NCBI GenBank assembly: GCA_016699955.1
Contig: CP064993.1
Location: 30,001-62,000, forward strand
Origin: Candidatus Saccharimonadota bacterium
Lineage (GTDB): Bacteria; Patescibacteriota; Saccharimonadia; Saccharimonadales; UBA4665
DNA length: 32,000 bases
Direction: 5' to 3'
The translations under genes were made by a program, and so were the position numbers. Position 1 is the stretch's first letter, and each line of letters starts with the position of its first letter. Shown here piece after piece: positions 16,492-24,497 of the stretch. The notes under the pieces were generated by a model. It searched no databases and was not told the origin of the DNA. It worked only from the letters and a program-made list of their open reading frames with translations.

Positions 16492-17937
16492 ATGAACGAC
16501 CAGCTTACTAGATACATCCAAAGACAGTTACTGTTAGGTGAGTCAATAATGCGTTCCAAGAACAAAAATGGTCGAGGACGCACCCTGCCAACACGAACAA
16601 TGATAGTGCTCGTACAAAAGTACATCCGAGACTTTCTATCGAAAAATCCTGGCACCAAACGATGGGTTATTCTGCCTGGTCTAAGGGGCGTTGGCAAAAC
16701 CACACTACTGGCACAAAGTTACCTCTGGCTAATGAACCAAGCCGATGACAGAATCAACATCATATACGTGTCTCTTGATGAAGTTGTCGAGAAGGTTGGC
16801 TCTGACCTGTCAGCGCTGCTGGACGAGTACGAACGGTTGCTGGGTCAAAGCTTTGAGCAGCTCGATAAACCGACATTCATTTTCATCGACGAGGTACAAA
16901 CCGACCCTAAATGGGCTAGAACACTCAAGTTCTTGTATGACCGAAGCCCAAACATATTCTTGATTTGCTCAGGCTCGTCAGCCGTACACTTACAGATGGA
17001 TGCAGATATTGATGGACGAAGAGCGGTCACGGAAAAACTGTTCCCACTAAGCTTCCCTGAATACCAGGTCTTAGCCAATGATGTTCTACCAGCAAAAGGA
17101 CTCAAAAACCAACTAATCCGCAGCCTCTACTGTAATAAGGACGCTGAGTCGGTATATAAAGACCTGCAAGGTATCAAGCTTGCCGTTGACCAGCAGTGGG
17201 CAAGGTATAACCGAAACTCGGTAACAAAATACCTCCAAACTGGTACGATACCCTTTACGCTCGGCGAGACTGACGTAAGACAGGTTTACTCCGCCATTAA
17301 CGCTATGGTAGATAAAATAATCTCTGTCGACCTGCAAACGCTTAACCAATTCAAGTCTGAAACGGTTGGTGCATTGAAGCGACTGATTTTTGTACTTAGC
17401 GATTGCGATGTCATGACTTATGAAGCGATGGCAAAAGCCGTTGGCGTAAGCCGAGGGCAGATTATCAATATGCTCGATGCCCTAGTCAAGGCAGAGCTGT
17501 TAATAAAAGTTCCAGCTCACGGTAGTAACATTACCGCCACCACAAATCCATCTAAGTATCTTTTCATGAGTCCAGCTATAAGAGCAGCGTTTCATGACAT
17601 CGTAGGCTTGCCAGACACGGTTGCCGCCAGACAAGGTAAGCTGCTAGAAGATGCCGCTGGACTGCACTACTATCGGGAGTTCGTTACTAAAAAAGTTGGT
17701 AGCATTACCCATCCCTTCGATAAGGACGGTGGGCAGTGTGACTTTATCCTGAGAGTCGACAACAGCAGGCAGATTGCAATTGAGTTTGGACTCGGCACCA
17801 AAGGCTATAAGCAGCCACTCACTACGCTCAAGAAATTCGGAGGTAACTATGGGGTGGTATTTTCCGAGAGTCCTCTGGGCATGGACGAAAGCAAAAGCGT
17901 CGTAACAGTACCCCTGGATTACTTCTGGTGCATGTAA
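16492..17937 (+). CDS. AAA+ ATPase of the COG1373 type (AAA_14 plus DUF4143-like C-terminus)
   Basis: Walker A is GLRGVGKT (16678-16701) and Walker B is FIFIDE (16876-16893). The family signature DPKW...GSS...GR...LFPLSFPEY is present. The C-terminal GGQCDFILRVDNSRQIAIEFGLGTK resembles the nuclease-like tail of this family. Confidence 0.85.
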   Translation: MNDQLTRYIQRQLLLGESIMRSKNKNGRGRTLPTRTMIVLVQKYIRDFLSKNPGTKRWVILPGLRGVGKTTLLAQSYLWLMNQADDRINIIYVSLDEVVEKVGSDLSALLDEYERLLGQSFEQLDKPTFIFIDEVQTDPKWARTLKFLYDRSPNIFLICSGSSAVHLQMDADIDGRRAVTEKLFPLSFPEYQVLANDVLPAKGLKNQLIRSLYCNKDAESVYKDLQGIKLAVDQQWARYNRNSVTKYLQTGTIPFTLGETDVRQVYSAINAMVDKIISVDLQTLNQFKSETVGALKRLIFVLSDCDVMTYEAMAKAVGVSRGQIINMLDALVKAELLIKVPAHGSNITATTNPSKYLFMSPAIRAAFHDIVGLPDTVAARQGKLLEDAAGLHYYREFVTKKVGSITHPFDKDGGQCDFILRVDNSRQIAIEFGLGTKGYKQPLTTLKKFGGNYGVVFSESPLGMDESKSVVTVPLDYFWCM

Positions 17938-17965
17938 CAAACTTAGAAAGGAATATAATACAATT

Positions 17966-18847
17966 ATGGCAACAAGAAAACCACAAATACCGCAAGAAAC
18001 TCCTAAGCCTGAACTAACAATCTCTCGGAGTGAAGCTAATGATAAGCTGAGCGACAGAATTAGCCTTGGGAAGAAAATCCATGACACTGACGTGCAGTCC
18101 GAGGGCGAGCTTGATGCCTTGAAGTCAGAACGCAAGAATTGGCATGATTATAACAAGGAGCTTCTCGGCACTATTTTTAGTAATGAAAAAATTGCGAAAG
18201 AATACGAGAGCAACTCTCATGGAGTTATGTTCATGGGCGGAACAAGAAGTCTCGGACAAGAGATTGGCGACTTTCGTGAGAGTATGCAATATAAGCTCAA
18301 CTCCTTGCAATCAATAGTCGGTAGGCTTGAGCTATTTCCTGAAACAGTGCCCAGCCACACTAGCCAGTCACAGCCAACCATTACGAAGCTAGCCGAAGGG
18401 AGTGAGGCTAACATTTTTATCGTGCATGGACATGATAACGAACTAAAAGAGCAGACCGCTAGACTGGTTTCAGACTTGGGGCTCAAACCAATTATCCTGC
18501 ATGAGCAAGAGAACAAAGGTCAGACACTTATCGAAAAACTGGAATCAAACGCTAACAAATCATCGTTTGCCATCGTGCTTCTTACCCCTGATGATTATGG
18601 CTATTCCGTAGAAGATGGGCTCGAAAAAGCAAGACCAAGAGCACGGCAGAATGTAGTATTGGAGCTTGGTTATTTCATTGGTAAACTTGGTCGGTCACGA
18701 ACTTGTGCCCTGTACAAAGGTGTTGATGCTCCAACTGATTTCGATGGCGTTGTTTATACACCAGCAGACGAGGCACAAGCCTGGCGATATACCGTTGCCA
18801 AGGAGCTGAAAGCCGCTGGGTACAAGATAGACATGAATAAACTTTAA
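17966..18847 (+). CDS. protein with C-terminal TIR-like domain (COG4271 / CAP12-Pycsar TIR type) and an unassigned N-terminal helical region
   Basis: Residues about 149-293 read NIFIVHGHD...LGLKPIILHEQ...FAIVLLTPDD...ARQNVVLELGYFIGKLGR...DGVVY...KELKAAGY. This matches the TIR-like family pattern, including the conserved Glu (E233, 18662-18664). Confidence 0.8.
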   Translation: MATRKPQIPQETPKPELTISRSEANDKLSDRISLGKKIHDTDVQSEGELDALKSERKNWHDYNKELLGTIFSNEKIAKEYESNSHGVMFMGGTRSLGQEIGDFRESMQYKLNSLQSIVGRLELFPETVPSHTSQSQPTITKLAEGSEANIFIVHGHDNELKEQTARLVSDLGLKPIILHEQENKGQTLIEKLESNANKSSFAIVLLTPDDYGYSVEDGLEKARPRARQNVVLELGYFIGKLGRSRTCALYKGVDAPTDFDGVVYTPADEAQAWRYTVAKELKAAGYKIDMNKL

Positions 18848-18858
18848 CGGAGCTAAGC

Positions 18859-19206
18859 ATGGATCTCGAACAATTCGTATCAGACGTACTCAGCCAGTTG
18901 GATGCTGCGGTGGAAAAAGTCGACAAGTCCAAAACTCAGTTTGCTATCAATCCAGTAAACGGTATCGACTTCGATGTTGCAGTAACGGTTTCGTCGAAGG
19001 ATGCTGGGACGACGGATAAAGATGCTAGCCTGCGTGTTAAGGTAGTTGGTGCAGGCTTCAAGCTGTCTAACTCATCTGAGACGGCATTGGAAACAAGCTC
19101 ACGAGTAAAGTTCAATGTATCCGCCAGAAAAGTCAGTGAAAAACGGACAGGAGTGGTAAACACCAAACCGCATAAGCCATCCTTTTCTCCTGACACCAGA
19201 TACTAG
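18859..19206 (+). CDS. small trypco2-like protein
   Basis: 115 aa. LEQFVSDVLSQLDAAV...GIDFDVAVTVSS...LRVKVVGAGFKLS...SSRVKFNVS fits my recollection of the trypsin-co-occurring domain 2 pattern. It starts 11 bp after the TIR-like gene, with GGAG upstream. Confidence 0.5.
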   Translation: MDLEQFVSDVLSQLDAAVEKVDKSKTQFAINPVNGIDFDVAVTVSSKDAGTTDKDASLRVKVVGAGFKLSNSSETALETSSRVKFNVSARKVSEKRTGVVNTKPHKPSFSPDTRY

Positions 19207-19211
19207 TTGTT

Positions 19212-19236
19212 AAGGTTCTAATACCATGCGTTACTA
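19212..19236 (+). repeat. possible degenerate copy of the tRNA-Arg 3' end (candidate distal island boundary)
   Basis: AAGGTTCTAATACCATGCGTTACTA compared with the tRNA 3' end AGGTTCAAATCCTGCCGGGCGTACCA. Similarity is patchy and needs gaps. Confidence 0.25.
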
Positions 19237-19442
19237 TATTGCTGGTGCCGACAGTAGTGACTGATTCGCCAGCTCATCCCATCGCAACAGTTCGGACTTG
19301 AGCTGGTTCCAATTAGAAACCCTAAACGCGTACTATTTATAAACAAGTTATCCACATCATAAAATGCTTGTGGTTGCAAATGTTTTTGCGTAAGCATACA
19401 CTACATGTACCATCGTTGAGGTGATCGTTACCGCAAGGTAAC

Positions 19443-21521
19443 GTGTGGGGACTCAGCAATGAGAAACCACTGAAAAAGCCCGGCTTGCCCGGGCTTTTTC
19501 ATAAGTTTGTAGGGGTATTTGGCGTACTCGGCATAGTGACACTGCTCATCACAAAGGCGGCAACTCCGACGGCCGCAGTCGAAACAGAGAACGGAACAAC
19601 CAACGCCAACTGTATAGTTACTGACGCGGCAGCTTCAGGAGGCAAAGCGATTAAATTTGGCAATTCTGGCTGCGGTACGCCTGTTTCGGGTGGCACAGGT
19701 GGGGCATATGGTTCGACGATTCCGGACACCAACTATCCAGTTCCTACAGCCAACGTTATTTTTATGTCGCCGAATGGAGATGATGCAAGCGCAGGGACAT
19801 CACCCAGTGCTCCGGTTAAAACCATTGGCACCGCTGTCAACAAGGCATCATCCGGCTGGACGATTGTCATGCGCGGGGGCATTTACAGAGACAGCCACGC
19901 AAAAGTAGTCAATGGCGCCTACACGAAACTGTCAAAGAACATAACTATTCAGGCATACCCGCACGAACAAGCTTGGTTTGACGGTACAGATGTCGTTACC
20001 AGCTGGACAAGCGACGGTCAGGGACATTGGTCAACTGCGTGGGATACGCCGGATTTTTGTCATGAATGGCAACTTGCAAAATCAGGGGGCTACTATCAAC
20101 AAATCTGGCCATGGAATGGTGGCACGCCATCTGCAGCAGGTCCTTGCGTTCACAAGGACATGTTCGTAACATCCGACCCAAACGCCGACCCCGACCCACA
20201 GATGGCATTTCGTAACGGCACCGCCCTCAAGCAAGTCGGTTCTCTGGCGGCGGTCAGCGCAAATACCTTTTTCTTTGATATTCCAAACAGAAAAATGTTC
20301 ATCGGAACCGACCCCAGCGGCCAAACAATTGAACTCGCCAAGCGGCCAGTTGCGTTTGTGCTAGAAGGCGGAGCAGGCGGCAACATCATCCGCGGCATTG
20401 GTTTTCGTCGTTTTGCAACCAACGAAAAAGTTGAAGGCAGCTACACGCACGGATCGTTGTTTATTAATGTGCCAAACGTAACATTTGAAAATAACACAAT
20501 AGCCGCAAATGCAGGCGCCGGGATTGGCTACGGCACGCCAAAAGGCGCCATTTTTCGAGGAAATATTGTTGCAAACAATGGCTATGACGGCATGTCCGGC
20601 AATGGTTCTGTCATGACGGCAGGTTCAATAGACAATTTACAAATTCTGAACAACGTCTTCTACGGCAACAACGCTGCACTTTTTGGGCTCAACTGCAACA
20701 TATCGTGTGGTCAAGCCGGCATAAAGCTCGCTCACATCGCTGGGTATACTCTGAAGAATAACTTATTTGAAAACCAGATGGGCAGTGCCCACGGCTTTTG
20801 GTGCGATATGGCATGCGTCGATGGTGTCCATGTCAACAACGTTCTGAAAAACAACGGCGGCGCCGGCATCTACTACGAGATATCCGACCGAGGTATAATT
20901 GCCTCTAACCTGGCTATTGGCAATAAGGCATACGGCATAAAAAGCGGCAGTGCAAACACAAAAGTGTACAACAATACATTGGTCAACAACCGAGTCGGTA
21001 TGCTTATCTACGACGACAATCGTTACCCGGGCATGTACACGGCCGCCGATAACCACACCTGGAACGACGCCGGTCCAAGTACCGTCAACATGGAGGTCGC
21101 CAATAACGTCATGTACACAAATGCAACGACAGCGTCCGGCCATATGATTCAGTCGTGGCGTACAAGTAGCGATACGACGAACAATACCGGGCCAAACACG
21201 TTCTACAGCATTTACGATGCAAACTCTTACTACCGGCCAAACGGCGCGTACTACATCGCTGAGTGGCGGGACGGTACTTCTCCTTCATTTACTTCAGTTT
21301 TGGCACTACGAGGAGCTCATCCTTTTGTTGAAACAACAAACGCACAAGACATAAGCGACGGATCAAACCCATTTGCCAACCTGGCAGCGGGTGACTACAA
21401 TATCCGCCCAGGAGCCACCACGGGAGGACGTGCTCTCCCGAGCGACGTTGCAGCCAAAATTGGCGTCAGTGCCGGGGGCACTACCCGCGGCGCCTACAGA
21501 TACTGGCCGAATGGAAACTAA
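19443..21521 (+). CDS. secreted/anchored right-handed parallel beta-helix repeat protein (pectate-lyase-fold)
   Basis: An N-terminal hydrophobic anchor is followed by repeated NN-x-I/V-x-x-N-x-G turns (NNTIAANAGAGIGY, GNIVANNGYDGMSG, NNVFYGNNAALFG, NNTLVNNRVGM). The start is uncertain, either GTG 19443 or TTG 19485. Confidence 0.75.
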   Translation: MWGLSNEKPLKKPGLPGLFHKFVGVFGVLGIVTLLITKAATPTAAVETENGTTNANCIVTDAAASGGKAIKFGNSGCGTPVSGGTGGAYGSTIPDTNYPVPTANVIFMSPNGDDASAGTSPSAPVKTIGTAVNKASSGWTIVMRGGIYRDSHAKVVNGAYTKLSKNITIQAYPHEQAWFDGTDVVTSWTSDGQGHWSTAWDTPDFCHEWQLAKSGGYYQQIWPWNGGTPSAAGPCVHKDMFVTSDPNADPDPQMAFRNGTALKQVGSLAAVSANTFFFDIPNRKMFIGTDPSGQTIELAKRPVAFVLEGGAGGNIIRGIGFRRFATNEKVEGSYTHGSLFINVPNVTFENNTIAANAGAGIGYGTPKGAIFRGNIVANNGYDGMSGNGSVMTAGSIDNLQILNNVFYGNNAALFGLNCNISCGQAGIKLAHIAGYTLKNNLFENQMGSAHGFWCDMACVDGVHVNNVLKNNGGAGIYYEISDRGIIASNLAIGNKAYGIKSGSANTKVYNNTLVNNRVGMLIYDDNRYPGMYTAADNHTWNDAGPSTVNMEVANNVMYTNATTASGHMIQSWRTSSDTTNNTGPNTFYSIYDANSYYRPNGAYYIAEWRDGTSPSFTSVLALRGAHPFVETTNAQDISDGSNPFANLAAGDYNIRPGATTGGRALPSDVAAKIGVSAGGTTRGAYRYWPNGN
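19473..19499. terminator. bidirectional terminator-like hairpin
   Basis: An 11-bp stem pairs AAAAAGCCCGG (19473-19483) with CCGGGCTTTTT (19489-19499) around a 5-nt loop. It lies inside the first 20 codons of ORF 19443. Confidence 0.55.
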
Positions 21522-21522
21522 T

Positions 21523-23385
21523 ATGGGACACATTAATATGCATACAACACAGAAAACAACCGCTATCTCCGTTATTACGGCAGCCATTATTGGTCTCTTG
21601 GTCTTTGCCCTCGTTCAGTTTAGCCCTAGCGCATCCGCTGCATGTGCTGCACAGTCATCAGACTATGGCAGTAGCACTACCACTATCACCGTACCTACTA
21701 CCGGAATGTACCGAGTCTGGAGCAGGATGCAGGTTCCAGACACAATCAATACTTCTTACTTGCTTGAAATCGATGGCGGTAATTGCTATACCGTTAGCGG
21801 GAATAACCTCGTGCCAAATACATGGACTTGGGTCGACTCTCAGAACGGTTCAGTTACAGCCAAAATAGACGTCTCACTTGCCGCTGGTAGTCACACGTTG
21901 AAGGCAATTGGGAACAAATCGGGTGTTGGTTTGGACCGTATTATCTTAACTGGCGATACGGCATGCGTTCCCAGTAGCACGGGCGACAACTGCGCATACC
22001 CGCCAGATACGACCGCACCATCCGTCACTATCACTGCTCCAGCCAATGGGGCTACCGTTAGTGGCACGGTTTCAGTAACCGTTAACGCTGCCGATGACTC
22101 CGGCGGTAGCGGTATCGCAAAAGTTGAGTTGTATGTCGACAGCATACTTAAGGCAACTAGTACGGCCACCCCATATTCCTTAAGCCTCGCCACTGCAAAC
22201 CTCTCAAACGCCTCCCATAGTCTTACGGTCAAAGCCTATGATAAATCCAACAACGTCAGTACCATGTCGCCGGCGGTCAATGTCACCGTTCAGAATGGTG
22301 ATTCAACCTCTCCAACCGTCACTATCACTACGCCGCAAAATGGCACGACAGTAGGTGGCCTAGTAAACGTGGCAGCAACCGCGACTGACAATGTCGGCGT
22401 CACTAAGATAGAGCTGTATGTCGATGGTATGCTTAAAAGCTCAACAAATTCTTACGTCTGGGACACGACTGCTACATCAAATGGCTCACACAGTATCCTT
22501 GCCCGAACCTACGATGCGACCGGCAATAGCGCCACCCAGACCGTACAGGTTACGGTCCAGAACGGTGACACCTCCCCCCCGTCCGCGCCAACCGGTGTGA
22601 CCGCTACTGCGACGTCCTCTGGTCAAATTACCGTTACCTGGCAAACTAGCACGGATAACGTGGGCGTTCACCACTACTGTCTGGCTCGGAACGATGGGAT
22701 GAATATGTGCCCAGGCGGCACTGCGATGAGCTATAACGACACGGCCGTTCTGCCAAGCACAACCTACACGTACCGCCTAACAGCCTTTGACGCTGCCGGC
22801 AACTTCTCTGCGGCTTCCACACCAGCGGCCGCAACAACACCTGCCACACCCGACACAACTGCACCCGCAGTACCCATCGGCGTTACCGCTGTCGCCATAA
22901 GTCCAACTCAGATTAACCTTACCTGGCAAGCTAGCACTGATAATGTTGGCGTAGCTGGGTATGATGTATTTAGGAACGGCACAAAAATCGCCTCTATAAC
23001 CACTACTAGCTACGGCAATACAAATCTCGCCGCCAGCACTTCGTACACTTACACTGTCGTTGCCCGTGATGCTGCTGGCAATAGCAGCTCGCCTTCCGTT
23101 GCCGTTTCTGCAACGACCCTCGTTCAACCGAGCTCAACTGGTACATTGACTGGCGTCGTTTCAGGAGCTAATGGGCTGGTTTCAAATGCCAAAGTAACAT
23201 TTTCTTTCAACGGTGCAAGCCACACTTACTCCACAAACAGCAGCGGGGTATATGTCGCCCCTGACATTCCGTCTGGAACATACTCTGCTCGATATTCAGC
23301 AAAGCGTTACATAACACAGACTAAAACAGTCACCGTAAATGGCGGCGAGATTACTACGCAAAACATAACCCTTGTGAGGAGATAA
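21523..23385 (+). CDS. secreted multidomain surface protein (2 Ig-like, 2 FN3, C-terminal carboxypeptidase-regulatory-like domain)
   Basis: It has a signal anchor, then two TAPSVTITAPANGATVSG...VELYVD-type Ig-like repeats and two FN3 repeats (ITVTWQTSTDNVGV..., INLTWQASTDNVGVAGY...). The tail is GTLTGVV...SGVY...PSGTY. I start at ATG 21523, 2 bp after the upstream stop. Confidence 0.8.
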   Translation: MGHINMHTTQKTTAISVITAAIIGLLVFALVQFSPSASAACAAQSSDYGSSTTTITVPTTGMYRVWSRMQVPDTINTSYLLEIDGGNCYTVSGNNLVPNTWTWVDSQNGSVTAKIDVSLAAGSHTLKAIGNKSGVGLDRIILTGDTACVPSSTGDNCAYPPDTTAPSVTITAPANGATVSGTVSVTVNAADDSGGSGIAKVELYVDSILKATSTATPYSLSLATANLSNASHSLTVKAYDKSNNVSTMSPAVNVTVQNGDSTSPTVTITTPQNGTTVGGLVNVAATATDNVGVTKIELYVDGMLKSSTNSYVWDTTATSNGSHSILARTYDATGNSATQTVQVTVQNGDTSPPSAPTGVTATATSSGQITVTWQTSTDNVGVHHYCLARNDGMNMCPGGTAMSYNDTAVLPSTTYTYRLTAFDAAGNFSAASTPAAATTPATPDTTAPAVPIGVTAVAISPTQINLTWQASTDNVGVAGYDVFRNGTKIASITTTSYGNTNLAASTSYTYTVVARDAAGNSSSPSVAVSATTLVQPSSTGTLTGVVSGANGLVSNAKVTFSFNGASHTYSTNSSGVYVAPDIPSGTYSARYSAKRYITQTKTVTVNGGEITTQNITLVRR

Positions 23386-23387
23386 AC

Positions 23388-23843
23388 ATGTCACAAGAAG
23401 TCATTACTCCTAGCATGCCCGAAACGACCCCTACCAAAACCAAAGCAAGCAAAAGAATAGTCGTGCTCGTAGTCACCGCCCTCGCGTTACTTACTGGGGC
23501 AGGTTATGCGACGCTACAACATAGATCATCCAACCAGACTGAGACCGTGAGCACAGCGACTCGCAAAATTGCCACAAATGTCAGCGTTAATTCGGAGGGC
23601 TTTTCGCCCGCCACTCTCACTATCAAACGCGGACAGAGCGTCATTTGGGAAAATACAGATGACCAGCCCCACCAGATCGCCTCTGACCCCTATCCTCAAG
23701 CAGATGGCCTCCCCGGTCTGACAGCTGATGGCCCCATTCTAACCAATGAAACCTATGCATTCACATTTGATAAAGTCGGAACATTCACTTACTACGACCA
23801 TCTAAACCCAGAAAAGTTTCACGGCACCATAGTTGTAAAGTAA
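23388..23843 (+). CDS. membrane-anchored cupredoxin-fold protein lacking the copper-ligand Cys
   Basis: FSPATLTIKRGQSVIWENTDDQPHQI...GTFTYYDHLNPEKFHGTIVV follows the cupredoxin pattern. Asp sits where the Cys ligand is expected, and the protein contains no Cys at all. Confidence 0.6.
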   Translation: MSQEVITPSMPETTPTKTKASKRIVVLVVTALALLTGAGYATLQHRSSNQTETVSTATRKIATNVSVNSEGFSPATLTIKRGQSVIWENTDDQPHQIASDPYPQADGLPGLTADGPILTNETYAFTFDKVGTFTYYDHLNPEKFHGTIVVK

Positions 23844-23873
23844 CCCCAGATAGGTCCAAACGCCGACAGGCGG

Positions 23874-23940
23874 GCTCGCCCCACCCGTGAAGGCTTCTCG
23901 CTCGCTTGCGTCCAAAGGCGCTAGCAGCGGTGTTTACACC
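23874..23940 (-). repeat. dispersed intergenic repeat, copy C
   Basis: The reverse complement reads GGTGTAAACACC...GCGCCTTTGGA...AGCGAGCGAGAAGCCTTC-N5-TGGGGCGAGCCCGCC, which aligns with copies A and B. Confidence 0.4.
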
Positions 23941-23967
23941 GAACCCGAGATTAAGTAGGTTTTTCGC

Positions 23968-23999
23968 AAAAGAACCAGCTGTGATGCTGGTTCTTTTTT
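23968..23999. terminator. bidirectional intrinsic terminator between convergent genes
   Basis: AAA-AGAACCAGC-tgtgat-GCTGGTTCT-TTTTT. Confidence 0.75.
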
Positions 24000-24012
24000 A
24001 GTCGTAGTGTCT

Positions 24013-24435
24013 TTACTTTTTGGTAATTGCGATTTTTTTGGGTGCCGGGAGCTCTTGGAAAGGCACTGTTACTTTTAAGACGCCATCTTTCATGTCGCCG
24101 ACTATCTTGTCGAGGTCCGCCACCTTGGGAAGTTGTATGCGACGATAGAAGCTACTGCTGCTTTCGCGCACCACGTATTTTTTAGTCTTGTCTTTTTCTT
24201 CCTCATGACGCTCGGCCGAAATGACGAGCATGTTGCCATCCACGTGGACGTCTACGTCTTTTTCGGCGAAGTTTGGCAGGTGCACTTCCACCACCATTTG
24301 TTTATCGTCTTCTGTGTAAACATCGGTGGTCGCGAGCGCCATACGCTTGCTTGGTACCAGCCAGTCATCGCCAAAAAAATTGCGTTGTAAGGCTTGGAGA
24401 TCCGCAAAGGGATCGAACGGAACTAATTGTGTCAT
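24013..24435 (-). CDS. Hsp20/alpha-crystallin small heat-shock protein
   Basis: The alpha-crystallin domain (VYTEDDKQMVVEVHLPNF...VHVDGNMLVISAER...YRRIQLP...GVLKVTVP) is clear. Confidence 0.9.
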   Translation of the reverse strand: MTQLVPFDPFADLQALQRNFFGDDWLVPSKRMALATTDVYTEDDKQMVVEVHLPNFAEKDVDVHVDGNMLVISAERHEEEKDKTKKYVVRESSSSFYRRIQLPKVADLDKIVGDMKDGVLKVTVPFQELPAPKKIAITKK

Positions 24436-24497
24436 AGTTTATTTCCTCCTCTTTACTTCTTATGTGAGCTTTTTCTCACGCATATAGTATACAAAAA

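Noticed and set aside
19348-19356. Perfect DnaA box TTATCCACA
   Set aside because: It is a single box. I noticed no cluster of boxes, no AT-rich unwinding element and no dnaA/dnaN nearby, so this is not evidence for oriC.
19499-23127. Many 60-126-aa ORFs antisense to or out of frame with the beta-helix and Ig/FN3 genes
   Set aside because: These are shadow ORFs typical of long genes that are GC-richer and Thr/Ala/Gly-rich. None has independent motif support.
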